Shown here one piece after another: positions 23,760-32,000 of a DNA stretch of 32,000 nt. Position 1 is the first letter of the stretch. Each line of letters opens with the position of its first letter. The notes below the pieces were generated by a model, which saw only the letters and a list, made by a program, of their open reading frames with translations, had not been told where the DNA came from and did no database searches. Source of the DNA: an uncultured Bacilli bacterium (lineage in GTDB: Bacteria; Bacillota_I; Bacilli_A; RF39; UBA660); NCBI GenBank assembly GCA_910584305.1, contig CAJTZW010000007.1, positions 34,804-66,803 of the forward strand, in the 5' to 3' direction. The position numbers and the translations under genes were made by a program.

Positions 23760-25562
23760 TTACGTATCATCATCCATACTTAAAACAGATAAGAATGCTT
23801 CCTGTGGAATCTCTACATTTCCAACCATCTTCATTCTTTTCTTACCTTCTTTTTGTTTTTCTAATAATTTACGCTTTCTAGTAACATCTCCACCATAGCA
23901 TTTTGCTAGTACATTTTTACGAACCGCTTTAATAGTTTCTCTAGCAATGATTTTGGCACCAATCGATGCCTGAATTGGAACCTCAAATTGCTGTCTTGGA
24001 ATCAATTTCTTTAAATTTTCAACAATAATTTTTCCACGATTATAAGCAAAATCTTTATGAACAATTGTGGACAAAGCATCCACAGGTTCTCCATTTAATA
24101 ATATATCCATCTTTACTAAATTACTACTTTTATATCCAATCATCTCATAATCAAATGATGCATATCCTTTGGTTGTAGATTTTAATCGATCAAAAAAGTC
24201 ATACACGATTTCAGATAAAGGAATTTCATAATGAATATTAACTCTTGTTGGATCCAAATATTCCATAGAAACATAATTTCCTCTTTTATTTTGACAAAGC
24301 TCCATAATTGGGCCAATATAATCACTCGGAACAAAGATATTGGTTAAAATATATGGTTCCTTAATATCCAAGATTCTTCCTCTATCCGGAAGTTTTACAG
24401 GACTATCAATCATAAGATGGCTATGATCAGTTAGTTCCACATCATAAATTACAGAAGGACTGGTCGCAATTAAATCAATATTAAATTCTCTTTCTATTCT
24501 CTCTTCGATAATCTCCATATGTAAAAGTCCTAAAAAACCTGTTCTAAAGCCAAACCCAAGTGCCTTGGAAGTTTCTGGAGTAAACTCTAATGCAGCATCA
24601 TTTAACTTTAACTTTTCAAGAGCCTCTCTTAAATCTGGAAACTTACTAGAATCAATTGGATACAAACCACAAAACACCATAGGTTTCATTGGTTTATACC
24701 CTGGTAGTGCTTCTGGATTTATGTCACTAGCAAGTACAATGGTATCCCCCACTTTTACATCCTCAATGCTTTTTATGCTTGCACACAAATACCCAACTTC
24801 ACCAGTTTCTAAACAATTCTTTTTTACTTCATGTGGAGTATGAACACCAAGTTCTACCACTTCATACATAGCACCTGTTGCCATCATACGAATTTTATCC
24901 CCTACATGTACACTTCCATTTACAACACGTATAGAAGTAATAATACCTCGATAAGCATCAAAATAACTATCAAAAATAAGAGACTGTAAACTTCCCTTTG
25001 TAGCACCAGCTGGAGACGGAACCTTTTCTATGATAGTAGCAAGTAGTTCTTCAATTCCAATCCCATTTTTAGCACTAGTTAATACAATTTCATCCTCTTT
25101 AAATCCAAGTGTATCAATGAGGTCTTTTTTGACCTTTTCAGGATCAGCATTTGGAAGATCTATCTTATTAATAACAGGTATAATTGTTAGATTATTCTCT
25201 AAAGCCAAATATAGATTAGCAAGTGTTTGGGCTTCAATGCCCTGTGCTGCATCCACAACTAAAATCGCACCTTCACAAGCAGCCAAACTACGACTTACTT
25301 CATAAGAGAAATCAACATGCCCTGGTGTATCAATTAAATGTAATAAGTATTCTTCCCCCTTATATTTGTAATTTAAACTTACAGCATTTAACTTAATAGT
25401 AATTCCACGTTCTCTTTCTATATCCATATTATCAAGAAGTTGATCTTGTTTTTCTCTTTCTGTAATTGCCCCTGTGACCTCCAAAATACGATCTGCAAGT
25501 GTACTTTTTCCATGATCAATATGAGCAATAATAGAAAAATTTCGAATGTTCTCCTGTTTCAT
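23760..25562 (-). CDS. lepA: elongation factor 4 (LepA)
   Basis: [33 protein letters not shown] and the LepA-specific C-terminal domain are present, and the 600-aa length fits. Confidence 0.97.
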   Translation of the reverse strand: MKQENIRNFSIIAHIDHGKSTLADRILEVTGAITEREKQDQLLDNMDIERERGITIKLNAVSLNYKYKGEEYLLHLIDTPGHVDFSYEVSRSLAACEGAILVVDAAQGIEAQTLANLYLALENNLTIIPVINKIDLPNADPEKVKKDLIDTLGFKEDEIVLTSAKNGIGIEELLATIIEKVPSPAGATKGSLQSLIFDSYFDAYRGIITSIRVVNGSVHVGDKIRMMATGAMYEVVELGVHTPHEVKKNCLETGEVGYLCASIKSIEDVKVGDTIVLASDINPEALPGYKPMKPMVFCGLYPIDSSKFPDLREALEKLKLNDAALEFTPETSKALGFGFRTGFLGLLHMEIIEERIEREFNIDLIATSPSVIYDVELTDHSHLMIDSPVKLPDRGRILDIKEPYILTNIFVPSDYIGPIMELCQNKRGNYVSMEYLDPTRVNIHYEIPLSEIVYDFFDRLKSTTKGYASFDYEMIGYKSSNLVKMDILLNGEPVDALSTIVHKDFAYNRGKIIVENLKKLIPRQQFEVPIQASIGAKIIARETIKAVRKNVLAKCYGGDVTRKRKLLEKQKEGKKRMKMVGNVEIPQEAFLSVLSMDDDT

Positions 25563-25620
25563 AACATCACCATGTTCCTATTATACCATTAAAAAAGAGT
25601 ATTTTATACAAAATATTCTT

Positions 25621-26313
25621 TTATTTAATTTTACGAAATACATTTTTCTCTTGGTATGCCATATAAAAATCAGATACATCATACAAAGGAAGTGGGAATC
25701 CATTTTCCTGTAGACATTCTAAAACATCATCACCATAAAATGTCCTAACGAAATCCGCATCACTGTCACTCCAAGACGAATATTTCTGTGTAGTATATCC
25801 AATCGGCTCAATATTATTTGCAGAAATATAATCCCAAACATTATCTAATACGATAAAATTATCTTCTACCAATTTACTACCTGTAAATAAATCTAAGTCA
25901 AATAAATAGTTTACTAAAAGTAGTTCTCTTTCTTCTGTAGCAGCAATAATATAATCACTTCCTACCTGTACATATTCACTATCATTCAATTTGATTGTTA
26001 AAATAGCAGGATTCTCTCCATTATTTGTATTCACTTCAATAATCTTTAAATCCTCTTGTGTTAAACGCTTGCTAGAACCTATTTCCTGTAAATAAGAATT
26101 ATAATTCATTAAAATTTTACTAGTTTGCAACAAATTATTAGAAATATCAACAATTAATTTTTTTGATTCATTAAATTCATCAAAATCATTTTGTTCATTT
26201 TTGATTTTCTGTATATCTGATGTATCATTTTGTTTCTTACAACTAACTAAGCCGTTACTAGCAATTAGGCTTGAGATACATACTAGTGCGATTTTCTTTT
26301 TTAATTTATTCAT
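25621..26313 (-). CDS. putative lipoprotein
   Basis: The signal peptide has a lipobox (LIASNGLVSC). Confidence 0.55.
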   Translation of the reverse strand: MNKLKKKIALVCISSLIASNGLVSCKKQNDTSDIQKIKNEQNDFDEFNESKKLIVDISNNLLQTSKILMNYNSYLQEIGSSKRLTQEDLKIIEVNTNNGENPAILTIKLNDSEYVQVGSDYIIAATEERELLLVNYLFDLDLFTGSKLVEDNFIVLDNVWDYISANNIEPIGYTTQKYSSWSDSDADFVRTFYGDDVLECLQENGFPLPLYDVSDFYMAYQEKNVFRKIK

Positions 26314-26436
26314 TGCAAAATTCCCCCAAACACACGTAATATACTATAAATATTCTAAAAATGCAAATTGTCAACAATATTTTGAATATATAAATATCAA
26401 AAATCTATTTATTCTTCCCTAGACTCTTTTATCATT

Positions 26437-26790
26437 TTATGTTCCAAGTAACTTACCAATAAACTTAAATGTCGATTCAATTCCTGATTGGACAAAACTT
26501 TCTAAATGAGTAGAAAAACTATTCCCCAATTTAGAAAGATTATTCTGGTAACTAGGAGTATCCTTAACAATATAATTTTTAATATCTACCTCTTTACCAT
26601 CTGCGACATCCTGTTCAAATTCACGAATTTTCTCTTCTGTTAGAACCATTTTGTTATGTTGCTCAAATTCATAATACCCAGTAGCAGAGGAAACATAAAT
26701 CGCCAAAAAAGCTATAAATAAGGCAAGTAAAATTCTACTAAATATTTTATTACACAATTTCTTCTTATCTTCAGTTTTCATTACCATCAC
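26437..26790 (-). CDS. small membrane protein, YqxA-like by position (downstream of spoIIP)
   Basis: It has a single N-terminal TM helix and overlaps the spoIIP 3' end. The spoIIP-yqxA-lepA-hemW order mirrors B. subtilis. Confidence 0.45.
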   Translation of the reverse strand: MMVMKTEDKKKLCNKIFSRILLALFIAFLAIYVSSATGYYEFEQHNKMVLTEEKIREFEQDVADGKEVDIKNYIVKDTPSYQNNLSKLGNSFSTHLESFVQSGIESTFKFIGKLLGT

Positions 26791-27796
26791 CCAAATATTC
26801 AGAGATTATAATAGAAAGTACATCAATTGTATTCATAACTTCTTCAATACTATTTTCCATACCACCACATTCAATTAAAATTACATGATCTGCAACATCC
26901 TGATTATAAATGCCATTGACCCCCGCACCTGTTTTCTTAATAACCCCTCTACTAAGTCCTGGGTATTTTGCTTTAATCATATCATTTAATGTATTAGCAA
27001 GTGTTAAATTGGGTTCATAATTTTCATAATCAAGCCCAACTACAAATAATACTTTCGCATAACTTTTACCATTAATCTGGGCAGTAGAAAGTTCTTTGCC
27101 AATCGCATCCCTATGCAAGTCAATTAACAAATCCAGGCTATCATATTTATTAACCGTATCTAACATATAAAACCGACTTGCTTTATAACTACTCGCATAA
27201 TCCCATCCATTGATTGCTAAAAAGTCTGTAATATTAGAAGTTTCTACCATAGTACTAATTCCTAATTTATTTAATTTTTCTTTAAACAAATAAGAAGCCA
27301 TCATAACATTCGGAGTAATATTATACGCTTCAAAATTCGTAGCACTATATGCTTCCAACTGATGGGTATTATAGATATAAACTCTAGGATTATTTATATC
27401 AACAGGATTGGGATCCTGAATATAGTTGCTTAAATCAAGATCTAAATCTTCTCCTTCACTCGCATCATGATAAACAAGAGTCGTACTTCCTTCTCCTTTT
27501 TCATATCCAAATACGCTTTCCAACATATCCGTCGGTTTTTGTAAGTTGACATTCGATATCCATAATAAAAATCGATTAAATAAATTATGATTACTTTTTT
27601 CGTATAAAATATGGTGGTTTGAATCCTGTAATAATCTTTCAATAAATTCCTGATTAGAATTTGCAAGTTGGAATTTCAAAAAGAATCCAGTAACAATAGA
27701 ATACAAAAGATATATACTAGCAACAACGAATACGAACTTTAGAAGTCCTAATTTTTTTCTTTTCTTAGCCACAAATTTTTTTCTATGCCTTACCAT
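26771..27796 (-). CDS. spoIIP: stage II sporulation protein P (SpoIIP)
   Basis: It has an N-terminal TM helix and the motifs VYIYNTHQLEAY ... IDLHRDA ... ILIECGG, typical of the SpoIIP amidase family. Confidence 0.85.
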   Translation of the reverse strand: MVRHRKKFVAKKRKKLGLLKFVFVVASIYLLYSIVTGFFLKFQLANSNQEFIERLLQDSNHHILYEKSNHNLFNRFLLWISNVNLQKPTDMLESVFGYEKGEGSTTLVYHDASEGEDLDLDLSNYIQDPNPVDINNPRVYIYNTHQLEAYSATNFEAYNITPNVMMASYLFKEKLNKLGISTMVETSNITDFLAINGWDYASSYKASRFYMLDTVNKYDSLDLLIDLHRDAIGKELSTAQINGKSYAKVLFVVGLDYENYEPNLTLANTLNDMIKAKYPGLSRGVIKKTGAGVNGIYNQDVADHVILIECGGMENSIEEVMNTIDVLSIIISEYLGDGNEN

Positions 27797-27877
27797 ATAA
27801 TCACCTACTTATTTACAGTATATAGAAACAAAATAGAAAAAAATGTCAAAAAGAAAAAAAAATAATAGTTTTCTCTA

Positions 27878-28321
27878 TTATTTTTCATTCAACCTATTTT
27901 TTACCAATTTACTAACCTCTGCCATATCAGCCTTTCCCTTTAATAATGGTGTTAACTTCCCCATAATACGTCCCATATCAGACATAGCGGTCGGATGGAC
28001 CTCATTAAATACTGTAGAAACTAATGTAGAAATTTCCTCCTCTGATAACTGTTCTGGCATATATTTTTCTAATATCTGAATTTCTGCCTCTGTTTTTTCT
28101 ATTAAATCATTACGATTTCCCTTTTGAAACTCAACAATTGATTCTTTTCTTGTCTTAATCTGCTTTCCAATGATAGCAATTACTTCATCATCACTAAGTT
28201 CATGCTTCACATTTAACTCTTCCATTTGAATAGCACCCTTCACCATTCGAATCACCATCAGCTCATCCTTCTTCTGAGATTTCATCGCCTCTTTTAGATC
28301 ATTCAAAATTCTTTCCCTCAT
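27878..28321 (-). CDS. yqeY: GatB/YqeY domain protein
   Basis: The sequence L..DLKEAMKS.....L.VIRMVKGAIQ..E....... and the 147-aa size fit. The gene follows rpsU, as in many Firmicutes. Confidence 0.85.
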   Translation of the reverse strand: MRERILNDLKEAMKSQKKDELMVIRMVKGAIQMEELNVKHELSDDEVIAIIGKQIKTRKESIVEFQKGNRNDLIEKTEAEIQILEKYMPEQLSEEEISTLVSTVFNEVHPTAMSDMGRIMGKLTPLLKGKADMAEVSKLVKNRLNEK

Positions 28322-28340
28322 ATAAAATTCCTCCTATGTT

Positions 28341-28363
28341 ATAAAAGAGCCATACGGCTCTCT
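28341..28363 (-). terminator. rho-independent terminator after rpsU
   Basis: The minus strand reads AGAGCC-GTAT-GGCTCT followed by TTTAT. Confidence 0.5.
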
Positions 28364-28365
28364 TA

Positions 28366-28569
28366 CTAATAATTATTACGATTATTACGATTTCTCTTGT
28401 GACTATTTTTAATAGCTTCCGCTTTTTCCTTTCTTCTCTTTGCACCAGGTTTTAAATAACCTTCTTGTCTTTCACGAACTTTTTTTGAGGAACCATCTTT
28501 TGCATTTCTTTGTTTTAATGTTTTTAAGGCACCATCTACATTTCCGTTTTTTACAACTACTGTAGCCAT
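28366..28569 (-). CDS. rpsU: 30S ribosomal protein bS21
   Basis: MATVVVKNGNVDGALKTLKQRNAKDGSSKKVRERQEGYLKPGAKRRKEKAEA fits bS21. I prefer the ATG at 28569 (GGGAGGGA Shine-Dalgarno). Confidence 0.9.
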   Translation of the reverse strand: MATVVVKNGNVDGALKTLKQRNAKDGSSKKVRERQEGYLKPGAKRRKEKAEAIKNSHKRNRNNRNNY

Positions 28570-28632
28570 TGATAATCCCTCCCTTCTTACAAACACTGAT
28601 ATTATATCATTGTTTGCTTTTTATTTCAAGCT

Positions 28633-31245
28633 TTATTTGACTTTCTTTTGCTTTTTATGCTCAAAAGACAAATACACTCCTGTCAAAATAATTCCAATAC
28701 TACAAACCAAAAGTCCTGTCTTTATTCCTGGTGTTTGATACACAAGTTCTACCTCATGTTCACCTTCTTTTAAAGAAACACCTATAAATGCATCATACAA
28801 ACACTCATAACTAGTTTCAACACCATCTACATATACAGTCCATCCTTTTTCATATGGAATTGTAAACAGAAGAATTGGCTTATCTTTTGTGGATACGACC
28901 TTACCCTTAATAGAAGTTGCTGTAACACGTTCAACATCAAAAGAATACTGATTCAATTCTTCTAAGGAAGCATAAATCTCATCTATATTTTCTTTATAAA
29001 AATATACTACACCTAAACGTTTCTCTTCATCTTTCACTTCATCACCATATTTAGCCTCAAGTTTTATAGTAACTTCTTCTCCAGGATATTCGTTATTAAG
29101 GGCAAATATTGAGCTATGATAATATTGGGAACTTTCAACTGGTGAATCATTTACATATATATTCAAAGTATCAGGTGAATCATAATACATAATGGATAAA
29201 TAAACTCGGCTCCCATCTGATGGCATAATCACTTTATATTGATAAGATTCCTGATCTTTTATATCAATCAGACTATAGTATGTTCTAGAGCTACCTAGCA
29301 TTGAATTTACAATAGATTGACTAACTTCTAAATAGCTAACATTTTGAACATCACTTCCATATGAATCCCAATCACTATCAACCATATACCCGACTGAAAG
29401 CGAATGAGAATTCTTACAAATATGAACATCCGCCTGCGTTAAGCCATATAAGTAGCCAGACATAGCCGAATATTTAAAAGAATCAATTTGTTCATACCCA
29501 GTCCCACAACTGGATTTAGTTAGATAATATTTTACGCCCAAAATAGAGTCCATAAGTATATGATCATTAGAAGAAACAATGGAACTAATTTCATTGGCAA
29601 AATAACCATTCAATTTCAAAAAATTCAATGATGACACATTATTGGTTGATAAGAAAGATTCTATACCATTGTAATTAAAAAGTAACCCGACATTAGAAGT
29701 AAAATAATCTTGCTGATTCATGCGATAAAAATCATCCGAGCCACTTTTATACTTATCTATATTGCTTCCATATATCTCAATATAATCAGAATACTCTTTG
29801 GATGTAGTTCCAAAATACGAATGCAAAGAATAATATACATTAAAAATTAGTTCTCCTATAACGAGCAAAAGTACAAGTACCATTAAATCTTTCCTATTTT
29901 TTTCACAATTTTTAGTATTTCCTAAATACTTAAGAATAAATAAATATAAGAATATAAGTCCAATTGAAATATACATAGGTATCAAATTATCTACATATGT
30001 AGAATATATGAACATCCCATTCATAAGTAGCATATAAACAAAGCCAAATATATAATAATGTTTTGTTTTAATCGCATCAATACATAGGAAAGAACGGCAT
30101 GCCATATAAATAAAATAAAACATAAATAAGAACATAAAGCGATAATTTAACCCATTTGGAAACGCAAAGCCATGCCATATATAATTTATATATTTAATAC
30201 TATAACTTAAAATAAAAAATACAATCATGCCGAAAGAAAACATCTTTTCTTTTTTTGGTATATTTTTATTTACAAAATAGAAATATATAAGTGGTAAACA
30301 GATGAGTCCAAAATATAAATTAATTGACTGATATTCAAGAATATCAGCTGCACTATAAGAACCGATGAGTGTTCGATAGATAAGTTGCCAATAATCATAA
30401 ACATTATGAACAGTTGATAACGTAGCACCACCTTGGTAATTTCCAAGAGCCCTAGCAGTACCATTTAAATCCACAAGCATTGGAATTAACACAACCATAC
30501 TAATGACTCCACTTAAAATAGAAGAAATTGCAAATCGGAGGAATAAAGAAAAGAAATCTTTTTTATTTTTATATTTTCCTTGCATAATGACTTCATATAG
30601 AAAATAAATGCAACAAAAAATACACAACATATACCCCATATAATAATTCATCATAATACTAAGAGCTAAACACAAAATATACATAAAAGAAGATTTGCCT
30701 TCTACAAGCCTTTTAATTCCTAAAAAAACTAATGGTGCCATATATATAGCATCTAACCACATAACACAAAAATAGAAATTAACAACATAAGCACTAGCAA
30801 CATAACAAGTACTAAATAATACTAGTTTAATACTTTTCATTTTAAATGTATAACTTAAAAATATATACATACAAAGACCAGCAAGTCCCATTTTTAATAT
30901 AATAATACCCAATATCATAAAAGGAATATTACTTTGTGATACAAATACAATTAGTAAATTTAAAGGGCTGAGCAAATAATATGCAATAGTACTTGCCATA
31001 TTACCCCCAAGACCTTTAGAAAAACTATATATAAAGGATGCGTCTCCCTTTAGGACATTTTGTAAGTACGTAAATAAATTGATATACTGTGCTTGTAAAT
31101 CCCCATATGTAGGAACCAAATTTCCAGTAGACTTAAACCGTAAACAAGTATAGAATCCTATAATTGCAATTAAAACAGGAATCAAAAAGGCTAACAAATA
31201 TAATATAATTTTTTTCTCTTTAATTTTTGTACAAAAATACTTCAT
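28633..31245 (-). CDS. YfhO-family polytopic membrane protein (putative glycosyltransferase)
   Basis: This 870-aa protein has many TM helices. The N-terminal GDLQAQYINLF...SFSKGLGGNMASTIAYYLLSPLNLL matches the YfhO signature, and it has a large C-terminal extracytoplasmic domain and a final TM helix. Confidence 0.75.
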   Translation of the reverse strand: MKYFCTKIKEKKIILYLLAFLIPVLIAIIGFYTCLRFKSTGNLVPTYGDLQAQYINLFTYLQNVLKGDASFIYSFSKGLGGNMASTIAYYLLSPLNLLIVFVSQSNIPFMILGIIILKMGLAGLCMYIFLSYTFKMKSIKLVLFSTCYVASAYVVNFYFCVMWLDAIYMAPLVFLGIKRLVEGKSSFMYILCLALSIMMNYYMGYMLCIFCCIYFLYEVIMQGKYKNKKDFFSLFLRFAISSILSGVISMVVLIPMLVDLNGTARALGNYQGGATLSTVHNVYDYWQLIYRTLIGSYSAADILEYQSINLYFGLICLPLIYFYFVNKNIPKKEKMFSFGMIVFFILSYSIKYINYIWHGFAFPNGLNYRFMFLFMFYFIYMACRSFLCIDAIKTKHYYIFGFVYMLLMNGMFIYSTYVDNLIPMYISIGLIFLYLFILKYLGNTKNCEKNRKDLMVLVLLLVIGELIFNVYYSLHSYFGTTSKEYSDYIEIYGSNIDKYKSGSDDFYRMNQQDYFTSNVGLLFNYNGIESFLSTNNVSSLNFLKLNGYFANEISSIVSSNDHILMDSILGVKYYLTKSSCGTGYEQIDSFKYSAMSGYLYGLTQADVHICKNSHSLSVGYMVDSDWDSYGSDVQNVSYLEVSQSIVNSMLGSSRTYYSLIDIKDQESYQYKVIMPSDGSRVYLSIMYYDSPDTLNIYVNDSPVESSQYYHSSIFALNNEYPGEEVTIKLEAKYGDEVKDEEKRLGVVYFYKENIDEIYASLEELNQYSFDVERVTATSIKGKVVSTKDKPILLFTIPYEKGWTVYVDGVETSYECLYDAFIGVSLKEGEHEVELVYQTPGIKTGLLVCSIGIILTGVYLSFEHKKQKKVK

Positions 31246-31294
31246 TTATTTTCACCTAATTCTATAGTACTTTAAATGAACAAAAAAAGCAACA

Positions 31295-31317
31295 AAAAAA
31301 GTCCTTCGGACTTTTTT
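31295..31317 (-). terminator. rho-independent terminator after the pilin gene
   Basis: AAAAAGTCC-GAAG-GGACTTTTT is flanked by A/T runs on both sides, so it could act bidirectionally. Confidence 0.6.
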
Positions 31318-31681
31318 ATGGATTTGTTACAGTAGCTACTGTACCATCATAAGCGATAGTATAACCTTTGATAACAAGAGTACCACTTTGAATAACACCA
31401 TTTTCTAGATTTAATGTTACAGAAGTAGGAGCATCACCTTTTACTTTAGCAAAATCAACATCTGTAATTAATGTAGGTGCATTATTACTACCATTCATCA
31501 TATTAAGTGCAATCTTTGTTTCTACTTCTTTAATATAAGTATACGCACTTGATTGTGCAGCTCCCTTTCTTGCATCGTCAATAGTATTTAATACCATTGG
31601 TGTTGCAATTAATGCAATAATCGCTAAAATAACGATAACGGCTAATAATTCAATTAATGTAAAACCTTTGTTACTTCTCAT
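31316..31681 (-). CDS. prepilin-type N-terminal cleavage/methylation domain protein (small type IV pilin / ComGC-like)
   Basis: MRSNKGFTLIELLAVIVILAIIALIATP is a class III signal (G|FTLIE). The protein is 121 aa. Confidence 0.75.
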   Translation of the reverse strand: MRSNKGFTLIELLAVIVILAIIALIATPMVLNTIDDARKGAAQSSAYTYIKEVETKIALNMMNGSNNAPTLITDVDFAKVKGDAPTSVTLNLENGVIQSGTLVIKGYTIAYDGTVATVTNP

Positions 31682-31845
31682 GTAAAATCCTCCTTTATTA
31701 TTTACAGTATAAATATATCACATTACAGACTACTAGTCAATCATATTTCAAAAAAATTGTCGAAATAAAATGTCTAATAATGTAACTTTTCTTTTATAGT
31801 ATTTTCCAAATTATTTAAAATATACACAAAAAAAGAATAGTACAA

Positions 31846-32000
31846 CTATTTCTTTTTCATTATACCCTCTTTACTTAAAATATATAATTCATCAATCACT
31901 TCATCCATATATTTACGGTCATGGGATACACTAATGATTGTTCCTTTAAATTCTTTTAAAACTTTTCTTATCACAGGGTTAGAAAGCGGACTCACATTTC
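31846..32000 (-). CDS. ABC-F type ATP-binding protein, C-terminal fragment (5' part outside window)
   Basis: The minus-strand frame ...NVSPLSNPVIRKVLKEFKGTIISVSHDRKYMDEVIDELYILSKEGIMKKK* ends at TAG 31848-31846. The GT.I.VSHDR motif is typical after the Walker B/D-loop of ABC-F proteins. Confidence 0.5.
   Translation of the reverse strand, partial: NVSPLSNPVIRKVLKEFKGTIISVSHDRKYMDEVIDELYILSKEGIMKKK

Noticed and set aside
4912-30464. Many short ORFs in the track are antisense to, or nested within, strong genes: 4912-5103, 6759-6974, 6956-7228, 8626-8835, 9231-9437, 10917-11105, 11543-11770, 12894-13094, 13265-13486, 15296-15505, 17231-17458, 17291-17494, 18798-19097, 23407-23691, 24565-24843, 25030-25305, 26201-26422, 27442-27666, 27843-28079 and 30270-30464.
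   Set aside because: Each overlaps a longer ORF with clear homology or operon logic, or lies in promoter or terminator DNA. AT-rich genomes generate such shadows, and none has a convincing RBS or a recognisable motif.
1-32000. I looked for CRISPR arrays, tRNA/rRNA genes, transposases, integrases and prophage structural genes.
   Set aside because: No regularly spaced direct repeats, no cloverleaf-like or rRNA-like GC-rich segments and no recombinase-like ORFs were seen. The only notable repeats are the DGR TR/VR pair, the LexA palindrome and the GTGG array.

Overview
This is an AT-rich chromosomal segment of a spore-forming, low-GC Firmicute, and almost all genes are on the minus strand. Housekeeping content includes the start of the dcw cluster (mraZ-rsmH-ftsL-class B PBP), spoIIGA-sigE, tcdA, lexA, queH, hemW, spoIIID, lepA, spoIIP, yqeY, rpsU, a YfhO-family membrane protein, an ABC exporter and two orphan prepilin-like genes. 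The standout is a complete diversity-generating retroelement (DGR) at about 10.3-12.7 kb. It has an Avd-like gene, a 74-nt template repeat (TR, 11957-12030), a DGR-type reverse transcriptase, and a 74-nt variable repeat (VR, 10366-10439). VR and TR differ at 10 positions, all at TR adenines. Three things are unusual. First, the cassette order is avd-TR-RT-target. Second, the VR lies in a reading frame that continues uninterrupted into a MoxR-like AAA+ ATPase, which is followed by a P-loop-less AAA-like protein and an HExxH-peptidase/VWA protein, all translationally coupled. Third, the TR carries two in-frame TAA codons among its AAY codons, and the VR currently reads TGA and TAG at those two sites. 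These are the only two stops in a 671-codon frame, splitting it into a 99-aa fragment and a 539-aa ATPase ORF that lacks a convincing start of its own. I interpret this as a DGR-diversified, possibly DGR-gated, sensor-MoxR-VWA system. All family assignments come from motifs read by eye and recalled family consensus; no database search was possible.
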